From contig JAKAKW010000003.1 of assembly GCA_021824345.1 (NCBI GenBank), positions 1 through 60,150 on the forward strand: DNA of 60,150 nucleotides, in the 5' to 3' direction. This document shows, piece by piece, positions 46,867-56,897 of the stretch. How positions within the stretch are numbered: position 1 is the stretch's first letter; the number at the start of each line of letters is the position of its first letter. Source of the stretch: a bacterium. Its GTDB lineage: Bacteria; Patescibacteriota; Minisyncoccia; Phycocordibacterales; UBA9973. The notes below the pieces were generated by a model. The model did not search any database. It worked only from the letters and a program-made list of their open reading frames with translations, and had not been told where the DNA came from. The position numbers and the translations under genes are program-made.

Positions 46867-47352
46867 ATGAAAATATTCGTCGGTACAGACCATGCCGGAT
46901 TCGGATTAAAGGAAAGGCTCGTTCCTTTTTTGAAGGGGTGGGGGCATGAGGTGGTGGACAAGGGCGCTTTTGAATACAACGAGGAAGACGATTATCCGGA
47001 TTTCGTAATTCCGGTGGCGCGGGAAATTTCCAAAGACCCAGACAATGTCAGAGGAATAATCTTCGGATCTACGGGGCAAGGAGAGGCGATAACCGCCAAC
47101 CGCTTTCCGCATGTGCGGGCGGTGGTATATTACGGCGAAGCGAAGCGCGTCGTGGACAACGAGTCGGACGTGATTGAAAGATCCCGAGAGCACAACGATT
47201 CAAACGTTCTGTCTCTGGCGGCCAGGTATCTTACGGAAGACATGATGCTTGAAGCGGTGAAGAGATGGCTGAATACCCCTTTCTCAAACGGAGAACGTCA
47301 TATCCGCCGGCTGAGCAAGATAGACGCCATAAAGATTCCTTCGGAACAATAA
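46867..47352 (+). CDS. rpiB: Ribose-5-phosphate isomerase B (Glu-base type)
   Basis: GTDHAGF, DDYPD, GSTGQGE, REHNDSNVL. Confidence 0.93.
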   Translation: MKIFVGTDHAGFGLKERLVPFLKGWGHEVVDKGAFEYNEEDDYPDFVIPVAREISKDPDNVRGIIFGSTGQGEAITANRFPHVRAVVYYGEAKRVVDNESDVIERSREHNDSNVLSLAARYLTEDMMLEAVKRWLNTPFSNGERHIRRLSKIDAIKIPSEQ

Positions 47353-47372
47353 AAGTGGAAAGAGAGGCGGAA

Positions 47373-47410
47373 CGGGAGGCCTAGGGGGAGTGGGAGGCCT
47401 TGCCTCCCGC
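47373..47410. repeat. REP-like family 2, half copy plus full copy 2
   Basis: CGGGAGGCC half copy, then GTGGGAGGC-CTT-GCCTCCCGC at 47390-47410. Confidence 0.8.
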
Positions 47411-47437
47411 TTCTCGGTTTTGTGGTAAAATCAAGAG

Positions 47438-48133
47438 ATGGCGGAAGTGACTCCGGCAATACTGCCGAAAAATTATGAGGACCTGAAAGACAAGGCCGAC
47501 AAAATGCGCGGGCTTGTTCCGATGGTGCAGGTGGACATCTGCGACGGATCATTCGTGAAGAATCGCACCTGGCCTTTTACTTCTGGCAAAGAATTGGATT
47601 CCGACTTTTTGAAAATATTGAGCGAAGAAGAGGGGATGCCTTTCTGGGAGAATTTGGATTACGAACTGGACCTGATGGTGGCCGACAGCGTGGAAAATTT
47701 CGATCTTTATGCAAAACTCGGCGCCAGAAGCATGATTTTTCATATCGGCGCGGTGGGGGACCTGCGCTCTTTTGCGGAATTCCTGGAGGGCATGGACACA
47801 TATATCCGGGACAGCATGGACGTCGGAGTGGCTTTAGACCTTGATTATATGCCGGAAGATTTCTTTCCCCTGGCCAACTACGTTGATTTTGTCCAGGTGA
47901 TGGGCAACGCAAAAATCGGAGTTCAAGGAGAGCCCCTGGAAGAAAAATGCCTCTCATACGTCAGAATATTAAAGGAAAAGTTCCCGGATCTTCCAATATC
48001 CGTGGATATAGGGGTGAATCTAGGCACCGCCCCGACAATCCTTTCAGCCGGCGCCGATAGGCTTATAGCCGGTTCGGCTATTTTCGGCGCTGATGATATA
48101 ATTGGGGCCATAGAGGAATTTAAAGCCCTCTAG
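47438..48133 (+). CDS. rpe: Ribulose-phosphate 3-epimerase
   Basis: PAIL, QVDICDGSFV, QVMG, VDIGVN, AGSAIF. Confidence 0.9.
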   Translation: MAEVTPAILPKNYEDLKDKADKMRGLVPMVQVDICDGSFVKNRTWPFTSGKELDSDFLKILSEEEGMPFWENLDYELDLMVADSVENFDLYAKLGARSMIFHIGAVGDLRSFAEFLEGMDTYIRDSMDVGVALDLDYMPEDFFPLANYVDFVQVMGNAKIGVQGEPLEEKCLSYVRILKEKFPDLPISVDIGVNLGTAPTILSAGADRLIAGSAIFGADDIIGAIEEFKAL

Positions 48134-48192
48134 GCAAAAAGAGCGAAAGGTCATTTATTTATCAGTAAGGCGGTATTTTGCCGCAAAAAATT

Positions 48193-48915
48193 ATGAAATT
48201 AAAAATATTAGCAATCGCCGGAATATTAGCTTTGGCTTTGCCGGCCGTATCATTGGCTCAGACGACCGGCACCACGACCGGCGCTGCGTCCGGATCGAGC
48301 AGTACCACCAGCACTGCCGGCACAACCAGCACAACAAGCACCGCTGTTCCGGTTCCGGTTCCCGCTCCGACGCCATCCACTTCCTGCGCCATGCCGGTCA
48401 ACCCGCAAAGCGCGAGCGATTTATTGAGCGTCATTACTTGTCTGCAGAGCCGGATAAACAATCTGGAAGCGAAAGTGGCCCAGCTCCAATCCAGCGGACC
48501 TACGGTTGTACTTCCTTCTTCCGCTTCCTCCACCGCCGTATCGGCCGTGCAGGGAATTAAGAGCTCAAGCGAAGACACCAAAGCCATCCAAGATTTCTTG
48601 AAAGCGGAAGGATCCTTTACCTATCCATCGGTTACCGGATATTACGGCCCGATCACCACTCAGGCAGTGAAGGCTTTCCAGGAGAAAGAAGGGCTTGACG
48701 CGACGGGAGAAGTGGACGACAGCACCCTGCAGAGAATGCAGCAGCTGGCTCCTTCTGTCGCTCCGTCTGCCAGTTCCGCCCTTCAGCAGATCCAGGTTCA
48801 GACTCAGACCCAGACGCAAAACTCCGGACAGACTCAGCCTCAGAATCAGGTTCAGAACCAGACCCAAAGCCAGGTTCAGTACAAAGTTCCCGGATCTGAA
48901 GGCGGAGACAACTAG
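48193..48915 (+). CDS. Secreted peptidoglycan-binding domain protein
   Basis: Signal peptide; Thr/Ser linker; QDFL...TGYYGPIT.QAVKAFQ...ATG.V; Gln-rich tail. Confidence 0.88.
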   Translation: MKLKILAIAGILALALPAVSLAQTTGTTTGAASGSSSTTSTAGTTSTTSTAVPVPVPAPTPSTSCAMPVNPQSASDLLSVITCLQSRINNLEAKVAQLQSSGPTVVLPSSASSTAVSAVQGIKSSSEDTKAIQDFLKAEGSFTYPSVTGYYGPITTQAVKAFQEKEGLDATGEVDDSTLQRMQQLAPSVAPSASSALQQIQVQTQTQTQNSGQTQPQNQVQNQTQSQVQYKVPGSEGGDN

Positions 48916-48944
48916 CCTTTACGCACGCGTTTTGAACAAAAAAT

Positions 48945-48968
48945 CCTCCCTTGCGGAGGATTTTTTGT
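48945..48968. terminator. Bidirectional terminator
   Basis: AAAAAATCCTCC-CTTGC-GGAGGATTTTTT; coordinates approximate. Confidence 0.65.
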
Positions 48969-48994
48969 TTGACTGTGCTATAATTTTCCAATAA

Positions 48995-49855
48995 ATGCCT
49001 TTTCTTTCCGATGAAAAAGTAAAAGAACTTGAACTCAAAGCGAACGATATTCGGGAGTCCGTTATTCAAATGCTTCTTTCCGCCGGCAGCGGGCATACCG
49101 CCGGGCCTTTGGGCATGGCCGATGTCTTCGCTCTTTTTTATTTCCATATTCTCAAACACGACCCCAAGAATCCAAAGTGGGAAGATCGGGACAGAGTGGT
49201 GCTTTCCAACGGCCACATTTGCCCTGTGTATTACGCCGCCATGGCTCACAGCGGATATTTCCCGGTGGAAGAATTAGGGACTTTGCGAAAATTCGGTTCC
49301 CGTCTCCAGGGGCATCCCCATCGAGAATTCATGCCCTGGCTTGAAACGAGTTCCGGCCCTTTGGGGTCAGGCCTTTCCCAAGCCTCTGGCATGGCCTTGT
49401 CTGATAAAATGGACGGCAAAGACGGGAAGAGATATATATACTGCTTCATGTCCGACGGAGAGTGCGACGAAGGCAATACTTGGGAAGGGGCGATGTTCGC
49501 CGGCAAGAACAAGCTCAGAAATCTGATCGCCATAGTTGACCGGAACAATATCCAAATAGACGGTTTTACCGAGGACATTATGCCGGTGGAACCATTCGCC
49601 GACAAATGGAAATCCTTCGGCTGGAACGTGATAGAGTCCTCCGGCCATGATTTCCGCGCTCTAAACGAAGCGGTGGAGGAGGCGCAGGATACGTATGAAA
49701 AACCGAGCGTAATAATCGCCCATACCATTCCCGGCAAAGGAGTGAAAGAATTTGAGCGGGATTACCGCTGGCACGGCAAACCGCCGGATGCGAAGGAAGC
49801 AGAGATGGCGCTAAAAGAACTGCGCACCTTGGGCGGGAAAATAAAGAGCGAATAA
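48995..49855 (+). CDS. tkt: Transketolase, N-terminal (TPP-binding) subunit
   Basis: SGHTAG, DRVVLSNGH, LQGHP, SDGECDEG..WE. Confidence 0.95.
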   Translation: MPFLSDEKVKELELKANDIRESVIQMLLSAGSGHTAGPLGMADVFALFYFHILKHDPKNPKWEDRDRVVLSNGHICPVYYAAMAHSGYFPVEELGTLRKFGSRLQGHPHREFMPWLETSSGPLGSGLSQASGMALSDKMDGKDGKRYIYCFMSDGECDEGNTWEGAMFAGKNKLRNLIAIVDRNNIQIDGFTEDIMPVEPFADKWKSFGWNVIESSGHDFRALNEAVEEAQDTYEKPSVIIAHTIPGKGVKEFERDYRWHGKPPDAKEAEMALKELRTLGGKIKSE

Positions 49856-49862
49856 TAAAAAA

Positions 49863-49896
49863 GTGGGAGGCCAAAGAGGGAGGCCTTGCCTCCCAC
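49863..49896. repeat. REP-like family 2, half copy plus full copy 3
   Basis: GTGGGAGGCC half copy, then GGGAGGC-CTT-GCCTCCCAC at 49878-96. Confidence 0.8.
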
Positions 49897-49912
49897 AAGC
49901 CAAGTAAAAAAA

Positions 49913-50917
49913 ATGCTGAATCCGAAATTAAAATTAAATCCGAAGCTTTTCAATCCGGACGCGGAGCAGGCGCCGATACGCAAAGGTTTCGGCAAAGGGC
50001 TATTGCGAGCGGGAGAGGAAAATCCGCAAGTGGTGGCGCTCTGCGCCGATCTTACGGAATCCACCCACATGAATCTTTTTGCCGAAAAATTTCCGGAACG
50101 TTTTGTGGAGATGGGCGTGGCGGAACAGGATTTGGCCACTGTTTCTTCCGGCATGTCCGCCATGGGCAAGATTCCTTTTTGCTCCTCATACGCGATGTTC
50201 TCTCCGGGCAGGAACTGGGAACAGATACGCACCACTATCGCTTACAACGATCGCAAGGTGGTGCTGGTCGGTTCGCACGCCGGAGTTTCGGTGGGCCCGG
50301 ACGGCGGAACCCATCAGGCTCTGGAGGATATGGCCATCATGCGTACCATGCCGAACATGGATGTGGTTTCTCCCTGCGATGCCTTGGAAGCGGAACGGGC
50401 CACTCTGGCTTTGGCCAAAACGAAAAGGCCGGCGTATCTCCGGCTGGCCAGGGAAAAGACTCCCATAATCACTACGGAAGAAACCCCATACAAGCACGGC
50501 AAAGCGGAAATTTACTGGATGCCGGACATCGGCCTTGCTCAGGTCGGCATTATTGCCACCGGCGCGCTCGTGCACCGCGCCCTTCTGGCTGCCAAAGAAT
50601 TGGAAGGAAAGGGAATTAAAACGAAAGTATTGAATTTGGCTGTGGTGAAGCCGATTGATGCTGAAGAGATAATCGCTCTGGCCAAGGAAACCAAAGCCAT
50701 CGTGACGGTGGAGGAGCACCAGATCATGGGCGGAATGGGAAGCGCCGTATCGGAAGTGCTATCGCAGAATTATCCCGTGCCGATGGAATTCGTGGGCGTG
50801 CAGGACAAATTCGGCCAGTCCGGAAAGCCGGACGAGCTCATTGAGCACTACGGCATGGGGGTCTCCCACATTGTTTCCTCCGCGGAGAAGGTGCTCAAAA
50901 GAAAAGCTACTTATTAA
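49913..50917 (+). CDS. tkt: Transketolase, C-terminal subunit
   Basis: EMGVAEQ, GPDGGTHQ, VEEH, FGQSG. Confidence 0.95.
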   Translation: MLNPKLKLNPKLFNPDAEQAPIRKGFGKGLLRAGEENPQVVALCADLTESTHMNLFAEKFPERFVEMGVAEQDLATVSSGMSAMGKIPFCSSYAMFSPGRNWEQIRTTIAYNDRKVVLVGSHAGVSVGPDGGTHQALEDMAIMRTMPNMDVVSPCDALEAERATLALAKTKRPAYLRLAREKTPIITTEETPYKHGKAEIYWMPDIGLAQVGIIATGALVHRALLAAKELEGKGIKTKVLNLAVVKPIDAEEIIALAKETKAIVTVEEHQIMGGMGSAVSEVLSQNYPVPMEFVGVQDKFGQSGKPDELIEHYGMGVSHIVSSAEKVLKRKATY

Positions 50918-51074
50918 ACTCTTTAATGATTTTTCTTAGCACCTCTAGATCCTCCTGGGACAATTTTTCTCGGTTGTTTAATTTTTCGAGTACCTTTCGT
51001 CCTTTATCAATCAGATCATCTTTGTTTGTGTCTTCTATGTTGTTGTGAATTATAGTTTCATTATTATTTTCCAT
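50907..51074 (-). CDS. Small AT-rich hypothetical protein (55 aa, not in ORF track)
   Basis: MENNNETIIHNNIEDTNKDDLIDKGRKVLEKLNNREKLSQEDLEVLRKIIKEFNK. Confidence 0.4.
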   Translation of the reverse strand: MENNNETIIHNNIEDTNKDDLIDKGRKVLEKLNNREKLSQEDLEVLRKIIKEFNK

Positions 51075-51115
51075 ATTGTTGTTATGTATCTATATATGTA
51101 ATGCGCTGCGACCTT

Positions 51116-51358
51116 TTAATTTTTCTGCTTATCTAATAATTTTTCCGACGATTCCTTGGTTTTTTCAACTATCTCGGACTTTTCCGCGATATTGGCAATG
51201 TTATTTATGGATTCCTTAATAGTCGGATCTTTCTCGCCCTTATTTATCTTTTTTTTGAGTTCCAAAATTTTATTAGCCGGTTCAACCAGCTCTTCAATTC
51301 CTTCGGCAAGGGCATCAGTGCTTATTTTTTTCGGATTTGAATCGAATTTTTCCTGCAT
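51116..51358 (-). CDS. Small charged hypothetical protein
   Basis: 80-aa coiled ORF right after pfkB. Confidence 0.5.
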   Translation of the reverse strand: MQEKFDSNPKKISTDALAEGIEELVEPANKILELKKKINKGEKDPTIKESINNIANIAEKSEIVEKTKESSEKLLDKQKN

Positions 51359-51361
51359 GGC

Positions 51362-52402
51362 CTAATTTTTCTTTATCGGCTTATATCCCGCCGGGGCGGT
51401 TTTAAGATATTCTTCCAGTTTTTCTCGGGAGAGCAATCCCGCCTGGGCGCCGATCTCCTGCACTACCGCCATTGAATTGATCGGTCCCCAGGCAAGCGCT
51501 TCCAGGGGAGTTTTGCCGAGCGCCAGCGCCGCGGTAAAGGTGGAAGAAAAGGCGTCTCCGGCGCCGGTGCGCTCTTTTGGCGGAGTCTTGTCCGGATATA
51601 TGGGCATGGACCACATTTCCTCATTCATATACATGTACGCGCCCTTCGGCCCGTCTGAAATTACCACGATCTTCGGGCCGAGCTTGGCGATGCCTTTGGA
51701 AAGTTCCATGGGATCTTCGCTTTCCGTCTTTAAAATTCTGCTGGCCTCTTCCAGATTGCAGAAGAAGGCGTCCGAGCGGGCGTAAATATCTTTCAATTTT
51801 TCCGTGCTGAATTCCATCTGATAAGTGCCGGGCTGAAAAGCCAGCCTTACGTCCGGATGTCTGGCTAGATACGCGCTGATTTCCGCGTGGAAGGGCAGGG
51901 AATCTTCTCCAAGCGAAGAAAGATAAATCCATTTTGGCGGAGCATACATGCCCGCTTCCTTCGTGTCCGGCCACTCCCGATCGTACTTTTCATGCTTGAT
52001 GAGAATGGTGCGGTCCACGTCGTACCACAGGACGTAGTGATGGTTTGTCAGCTTTCCCTTTTCAATTTTTATGAAAGTCCGGTCTATGTTTTCCTTCTCC
52101 AGTTGAGCCAAGCAGTCTCCGCCGTTCCGATCGTCGCCCATGTTGGTCATCAGGGCGGTTTTGAGGCCCAAGCGCGCGGCGGAAACCGCGGCGTTCGGGC
52201 TGTTGCCCACGGCCGGAAGCGTCACTGCCAGCTCAAACGGAATCTTGTCTCCGAAATTCATGCACAATTCGCATTCCTCCGAGTTTACCTTGCAGTGCAC
52301 ATGCGCGTCCTTGATCTTTATAAAAGTATCAGTGACGATGTCTCCGATGGCCAGAAAATCCAACTGCTTGCCGTTTTTGCTATTGTCTTCGCTCGCATCC
52401 AT
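51362..52402 (-). CDS. PfkB family carbohydrate kinase
   Basis: GNSPNAAV, ERTGAGDAF. Confidence 0.93.
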   Translation of the reverse strand: MDASEDNSKNGKQLDFLAIGDIVTDTFIKIKDAHVHCKVNSEECELCMNFGDKIPFELAVTLPAVGNSPNAAVSAARLGLKTALMTNMGDDRNGGDCLAQLEKENIDRTFIKIEKGKLTNHHYVLWYDVDRTILIKHEKYDREWPDTKEAGMYAPPKWIYLSSLGEDSLPFHAEISAYLARHPDVRLAFQPGTYQMEFSTEKLKDIYARSDAFFCNLEEASRILKTESEDPMELSKGIAKLGPKIVVISDGPKGAYMYMNEEMWSMPIYPDKTPPKERTGAGDAFSSTFTAALALGKTPLEALAWGPINSMAVVQEIGAQAGLLSREKLEEYLKTAPAGYKPIKKN

Positions 52403-52510
52403 GGTATGATTGTAGCACAAGAGGGCCTTGAGTCCCAATTAAAAGTATTTTTGTCTTGAAGTCATCCGGGCAAAATTAACCCCAGATCGCCAAGAGCGGC
52501 AAAAATATAA

Positions 52511-53701
52511 ATGCTCAAAAAAATATCGTTTGCGCGCGCTTTGCGCGTTTCGTTTTCGGCGCTTTTGCTGTGCCTGGCGCCTTTGTTCGGCCTTGCCCCC
52601 TCCGTTTTTGCCGAAGGAACGGGAGGCGGAGTCTATATCAGCGAGATAATGTACGATTCCGAAGGAGCCGACATCGATTGGCTGGAAGTATCCAACGGAG
52701 GAAGCTCGGACGCGGACATCGCCTCGCTGAAGCTTCTGGTCAGCAATTCCGTTTCCAATCACGCCATCAAGCCGTATTCCGGCTCTTCCGTAATTTCCGC
52801 GGGGGAGTACGCGGTAATCGTCGCCAACTCGCAGGTTTCCGCCTATCTGGACAAATACGGAAATTCCGGAAATATTTTTACCGCGAGCTTCAGCCTGCCG
52901 AACGTGGCGGAAGATCAGACCGCCACCGTGGAGCTTAACGCCGGCGACAAAAACGCTCCCGTTAATTCCGTTTCCTACGAAGCGATTCTCGGCGCGGGCG
53001 GAGACGGCAATTCTCTCCAGCTCATTGAAGGGGCCTGGAAAAGTTCCGCGCCCACTCCCGGGCGGGAAAACGTATTTACCGAAAATGGCTCGGGCGAAGG
53101 CGCGGATTCCGAGTATTCGGACGCTTCCGGCGGAGTTGCGGCGAAGGAACCGCCGGTCAGAGCGAAAATATTTTCCTCGCTTTACGCTTTTGCCGGGGAG
53201 CCCGCGGAATTCCGGGGCGCCATCCTTGAGAGAGGAAAAGAAGTCGTGCACTACGGCAAGTTCTATTGGAATTTCGGCGACGGATCTTCTTCAACGGAAG
53301 GCGGTCCGCCCGAAAAGTTCAGCCATGTGTACGCTTTTCCCGGGGACTACGCGGTTTTCCTGGAATATTATCCGTCTTCTGTTTCCGGCGAACCGGAATT
53401 TTCGCAAAGGATGGCTCTGAAAGCGGTTCCGATAGAATTGTCCGTGAAGGGGGCGGGGAACGGAAAGAATTTCGGCGCGGTCCTTTTGAACTCCTCGGCT
53501 TATGAGATAAACATTTCAGGCTGGAAGCTCTCGGCCGGAGAAAAAACTTTCGTCTTTCCCAGAAACAGCGTAATCCTGCCCAAAAAATCCGTGGTCATTT
53601 CCGGACAGGCCACCGGCTTTCTGCCGGAAGACGAAAAAAGCCTGAAACTGATTTCAGGCTTGGGAGAAACGGTATCAAGTTTTCAGTCTTACGATTACTG
53701 A
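52511..53701 (+). CDS. Secreted lamin-tail-domain / PKD protein
   Basis: Signal peptide; ISEIMYD...DWLEV (LTD); WNFGDG...HVY..PG.Y (PKD); second LTD-like segment. Confidence 0.85.
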   Translation: MLKKISFARALRVSFSALLLCLAPLFGLAPSVFAEGTGGGVYISEIMYDSEGADIDWLEVSNGGSSDADIASLKLLVSNSVSNHAIKPYSGSSVISAGEYAVIVANSQVSAYLDKYGNSGNIFTASFSLPNVAEDQTATVELNAGDKNAPVNSVSYEAILGAGGDGNSLQLIEGAWKSSAPTPGRENVFTENGSGEGADSEYSDASGGVAAKEPPVRAKIFSSLYAFAGEPAEFRGAILERGKEVVHYGKFYWNFGDGSSSTEGGPPEKFSHVYAFPGDYAVFLEYYPSSVSGEPEFSQRMALKAVPIELSVKGAGNGKNFGAVLLNSSAYEINISGWKLSAGEKTFVFPRNSVILPKKSVVISGQATGFLPEDEKSLKLISGLGETVSSFQSYDY

Positions 53702-54537
53702 GCCGGAGAATCGGCGCCGGTGTTCGTTTCTGAAGATCCGGAAGAGTCGTTTTCCGGATTTACTCCCGCGTCCGTCTTGCTCGAGGCTGAATTTCCGTCT
53801 TCCATGGCAGGCAGGCTTTCGGTTCCGCTCGCGCTTTTGTCACCCTCGCCGGAGAGCAGTTTGCTTTCCGCTTGGTATTCATTGTTCAAATTGTCCTTGA
53901 AATTGGAAAGGCTGTCATTGATGGAATTCAAATCATCGTTGGCTTTGATTTGGCTGCCGATTTTGTCCTGGCGCGCGTCAATGGAGGTCTGCAGATTCTG
54001 CTTGGCCTCTTCCGCCGCCTGAGGGTTTCCTTTGTTTATTTCCTCAATGTCGCTGTTTATCTTTTCCTTTTCCACCTGGATTTCGGAGTTCACGATGGAA
54101 AGAGTCTCCGGGGTGACCTTGTTTTCCTTGATCAATTTTTCCATTTCGGTGAACCTTTCCTGTATTCTTTTTTCCCGCAGGGCTATCTTCTGGGCGGGAG
54201 CAAAGGTGAGCTTGTCTTCAATGCCTTCCTTCAGGTTGATCTTGATGGGGTAGAGCAGGTCTCCGGGCAGGGCGCTTCCCGAAGCGTATGTAAGGCCTCC
54301 CATTACGAAGAGAAGCGACAGGGCGGACACCGCGCCTATTTTTCCGAAGGTCTTCCAAGAGAAATGAAAGCGGGAAGGAACGCCGAAATGCTTGAGGTAC
54401 GGGGAAGACACCGGCGTTTCTTTCCAGTTTCCGTTTTCAATGGAAGCGAACAGCTCCGCCCGCAGGCGCGCTTTTTCTCCGGCGGTCATCCCGCTTCGCT
54501 TCATTGCCTCTATCATTTTGTCCATTCTGTTTTCCAT
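53695..54537 (-). CDS. DUF5667-domain membrane protein (putative anti-sigma factor)
   Basis: Single TM followed by ALPGDLLYPIK; directly after the ECF sigma. Confidence 0.8.
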   Translation of the reverse strand: MENRMDKMIEAMKRSGMTAGEKARLRAELFASIENGNWKETPVSSPYLKHFGVPSRFHFSWKTFGKIGAVSALSLLFVMGGLTYASGSALPGDLLYPIKINLKEGIEDKLTFAPAQKIALREKRIQERFTEMEKLIKENKVTPETLSIVNSEIQVEKEKINSDIEEINKGNPQAAEEAKQNLQTSIDARQDKIGSQIKANDDLNSINDSLSNFKDNLNNEYQAESKLLSGEGDKSASGTESLPAMEDGNSASSKTDAGVNPENDSSGSSETNTGADSPAQ

Positions 54538-55059
54538 TTATTTTTCTTGCCCCAATATGTTCTTCAATTTTTCCACCGCTCGGTGGATTCTGACTGACAC
54601 GGTGTTTTCGCTTTTCCCGAGAATCTTCGCCATGTCTTTCACGCTCATGTCTTCCACGAAGCGGAGGATGATCACCTCCTTGTATTTTTCGCCCAGCTCC
54701 TCGATGGTCTCCAAGGCCATCTTCGCTTCAAACACTTTCTCCCTGATCGTTATCTCGCTTTCTTCGCTTGAAAGCTCGAATCCGTTCTCCCTCATCGTGT
54801 CCAAGGATTCGGCTTTTTTCTTGCGACGTTCGTCAATGATCAGGTTTCGGGCCACTCTGTACAGGAAGGGCCTCAGATTGTCTATGTCCTTGCCTCCCGA
54901 GAGGTATTCCAGCGTCTTAATGAAAGTGTCCTGGGTTATATCCAGGGCCTTCTCTCGGCTGGAAGTGTGAAAATAACAGTAACGAAAAATCGCGTCCGCG
55001 AACTCCTCGTATGCTTTTTCCAGCGTTATCTTTAAGTTTTTCTTTTCTACCTCTGCCAT
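54538..55059 (-). CDS. ECF (sigma-70 group 4) sigma factor
   Basis: YEEFADAIFRYCY, DITQDTF, PFLYRVARN, region 4 SVRIHRA. Confidence 0.95.
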   Translation of the reverse strand: MAEVEKKNLKITLEKAYEEFADAIFRYCYFHTSSREKALDITQDTFIKTLEYLSGGKDIDNLRPFLYRVARNLIIDERRKKKAESLDTMRENGFELSSEESEITIREKVFEAKMALETIEELGEKYKEVIILRFVEDMSVKDMAKILGKSENTVSVRIHRAVEKLKNILGQEK

Positions 55060-55244
55060 ATATGACGATTTTAGGGCTTTTTTCTTACATTATCCCTATA
55101 AACCGCAATTGTTTTAAAATTTACCCGATTTACCCTTTATATTATACTATACGTCCGTTTGGACCATTAGGTTGCCCGTCGGAAAACGGCTTGCCCGGGG
55201 CGTAGAAAGGGCGGAGAAAGGGCGGGGGAAAGGGTTGCGTATTC

Positions 55245-55299
55245 TTGACAGGCGAAAGCGAAAAGCATATATTATCCGTTAGTTAGTCAAACTAACTAA
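55245..55299 (+). promoter_or_regulatory. marR promoter and palindromic operator
   Basis: TTGACA-17-TATATT; TTAGTTAGT-CAA-ACTAACTAA at 55279-99. Confidence 0.8.
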
Positions 55300-55308
55300 T
55301 TTAAATAC

Positions 55309-55746
55309 ATGTCGGCAGAAGCAAAAAACAACCCGCATGCCCTGGAAGACCGTTTTGAGAAATTCATATCCACATTTCACGGCGCGATACTCGGGACCAT
55401 TCGCCGGGAGGCGTTCAAATGCCATTTGAACATGTCCCAAGTGGAGGTGCTCCGCTATGTGACGGAGCGCGGCAATCCGACCATGAAAGAGGTCGCCGAA
55501 TATATCCACATCAAGCCTCCTTCCGTCACTTCCATCGTCGAGTCCTTGTCCAAGAGCGGGCTTCTTCACCGCCAGCCGGACAAAAAGGACAGCCGGATTG
55601 TCCGAGTTTCCATCACTCCGAAAGCTTCCCGCGTCATTGCGAATATGCGGGAAAAGAAAAAAGAGGAAATAAAGAAAATGTTCGCCAAGCTTCCGCAATC
55701 AGATCGGGGAGAGTTCGCCAGGATACTGCAAGTTTTAGACGATTAA
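55309..55746 (+). CDS. MarR family regulator
   Basis: SQVEVL, TMKEVA, SVT.IVESL...GLL.R..DKKD.R. Confidence 0.93.
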   Translation: MSAEAKNNPHALEDRFEKFISTFHGAILGTIRREAFKCHLNMSQVEVLRYVTERGNPTMKEVAEYIHIKPPSVTSIVESLSKSGLLHRQPDKKDSRIVRVSITPKASRVIANMREKKKEEIKKMFAKLPQSDRGEFARILQVLDD

Positions 55747-55762
55747 AAATTAAAATATCAAA

Positions 55763-56857
55763 ATGAGAAAACACATAATCAAGCATTTGGAAAATACCAA
55801 AGTCATCATCCCCGCCGCTGTGATCGTTGCGGCGGTTTTGGGATTTTTTGCCTATCGCGATCTGGGAACGGTGCCGAAAGTGGATAAAAGCATGCTGAAC
55901 GAAAGCATCTCTTCCGCCTCCGCGCACCCCTACGGATTTCAAGACGGCGAAGAAGCAAGCCTCGCCTTCGCCAAAGGCGGAAGAGTGAGCACCGTTTACG
56001 TGCGTCCCGGCGACCTGGTGCAGAAAGGGGAAAAATTGGCCGAGCTGGATTCCACCGGAGCCAGAGGAGCTTTGGACCAAGCCCGGTCCGCATACGAGGC
56101 GGCCAAGGCGAACTATGAAAAAATTCTGAACGGAGCATCCGATTCCGAATTGGATGTCCTGAAGACCGCCGTGAGCAACGCGGAGAATAATCTTTCCAAG
56201 ACACAAGATACGGAAGCGACGCTGGTAAAAAACGCGTATGCCAGCCTTTTGAATTCCGATCTGAAAGCGGTGCTCGCGGACGGCACCAGCGATTTTGCCG
56301 CTCCCGCCGTGAGCGGAACGTACGCTCTGGGGAAAGAAGGAACCATCAAAATACATTTATACTTCAGCACCGGAGGATTGAGCTTCGTCGCTTCGGGGCT
56401 GGTGTCCGGAACGGGCATGAGCAACACCGTCACTCCTCAGCCGATCGGGGACTCGGGCCTTTACATAACTTTTCCGAGCAGCAGGACATATTCCGTGCAG
56501 GATTGGGTGATTGACATTCCGAACAAGCAAGCCTCGAATTACTCCGCAAACCAAAATGCTTACCAGCTGGCTCTGGCCGGACAATCCCAGGCGGTGTCGG
56601 CCGCGCAAGCTGTCTTGGATCAGGCGCAAGCCGCGCTGGATGCCAAGCTTTCCGTTCCGCGGTATGAAGACATCGCGGCCGCCAAGGCGCAAATGGACGG
56701 AGCCTCCGGCGCTCTGCAGTCCGCCCAAGACGCATACAACAACGATTTTCTGTACGCGCCGGAAGGCGGAAGCATTACGGTGGTAAATGTCCGCCCGGGC
56801 GACATCGCCCAGGCGGGAGCGGAAGCGGTCGGCATGGTGGTGAAGATTAGCAATTAA
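55763..56857 (+). CDS. Membrane-fusion (HlyD-like) protein lacking the C-terminal beta-barrel
   Basis: TM, lipoyl half 1 (GGRVSTVYVRPGD), long coiled coil, lipoyl half 2 (APEGGSITVVNV.PGD), then stop. Confidence 0.8.
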   Translation: MRKHIIKHLENTKVIIPAAVIVAAVLGFFAYRDLGTVPKVDKSMLNESISSASAHPYGFQDGEEASLAFAKGGRVSTVYVRPGDLVQKGEKLAELDSTGARGALDQARSAYEAAKANYEKILNGASDSELDVLKTAVSNAENNLSKTQDTEATLVKNAYASLLNSDLKAVLADGTSDFAAPAVSGTYALGKEGTIKIHLYFSTGGLSFVASGLVSGTGMSNTVTPQPIGDSGLYITFPSSRTYSVQDWVIDIPNKQASNYSANQNAYQLALAGQSQAVSAAQAVLDQAQAALDAKLSVPRYEDIAAAKAQMDGASGALQSAQDAYNNDFLYAPEGGSITVVNVRPGDIAQAGAEAVGMVVKISN

Positions 56858-56897
56858 GAAACACTTTCCGATTTCGTCCCGTGGCGAAACCGGGGAA

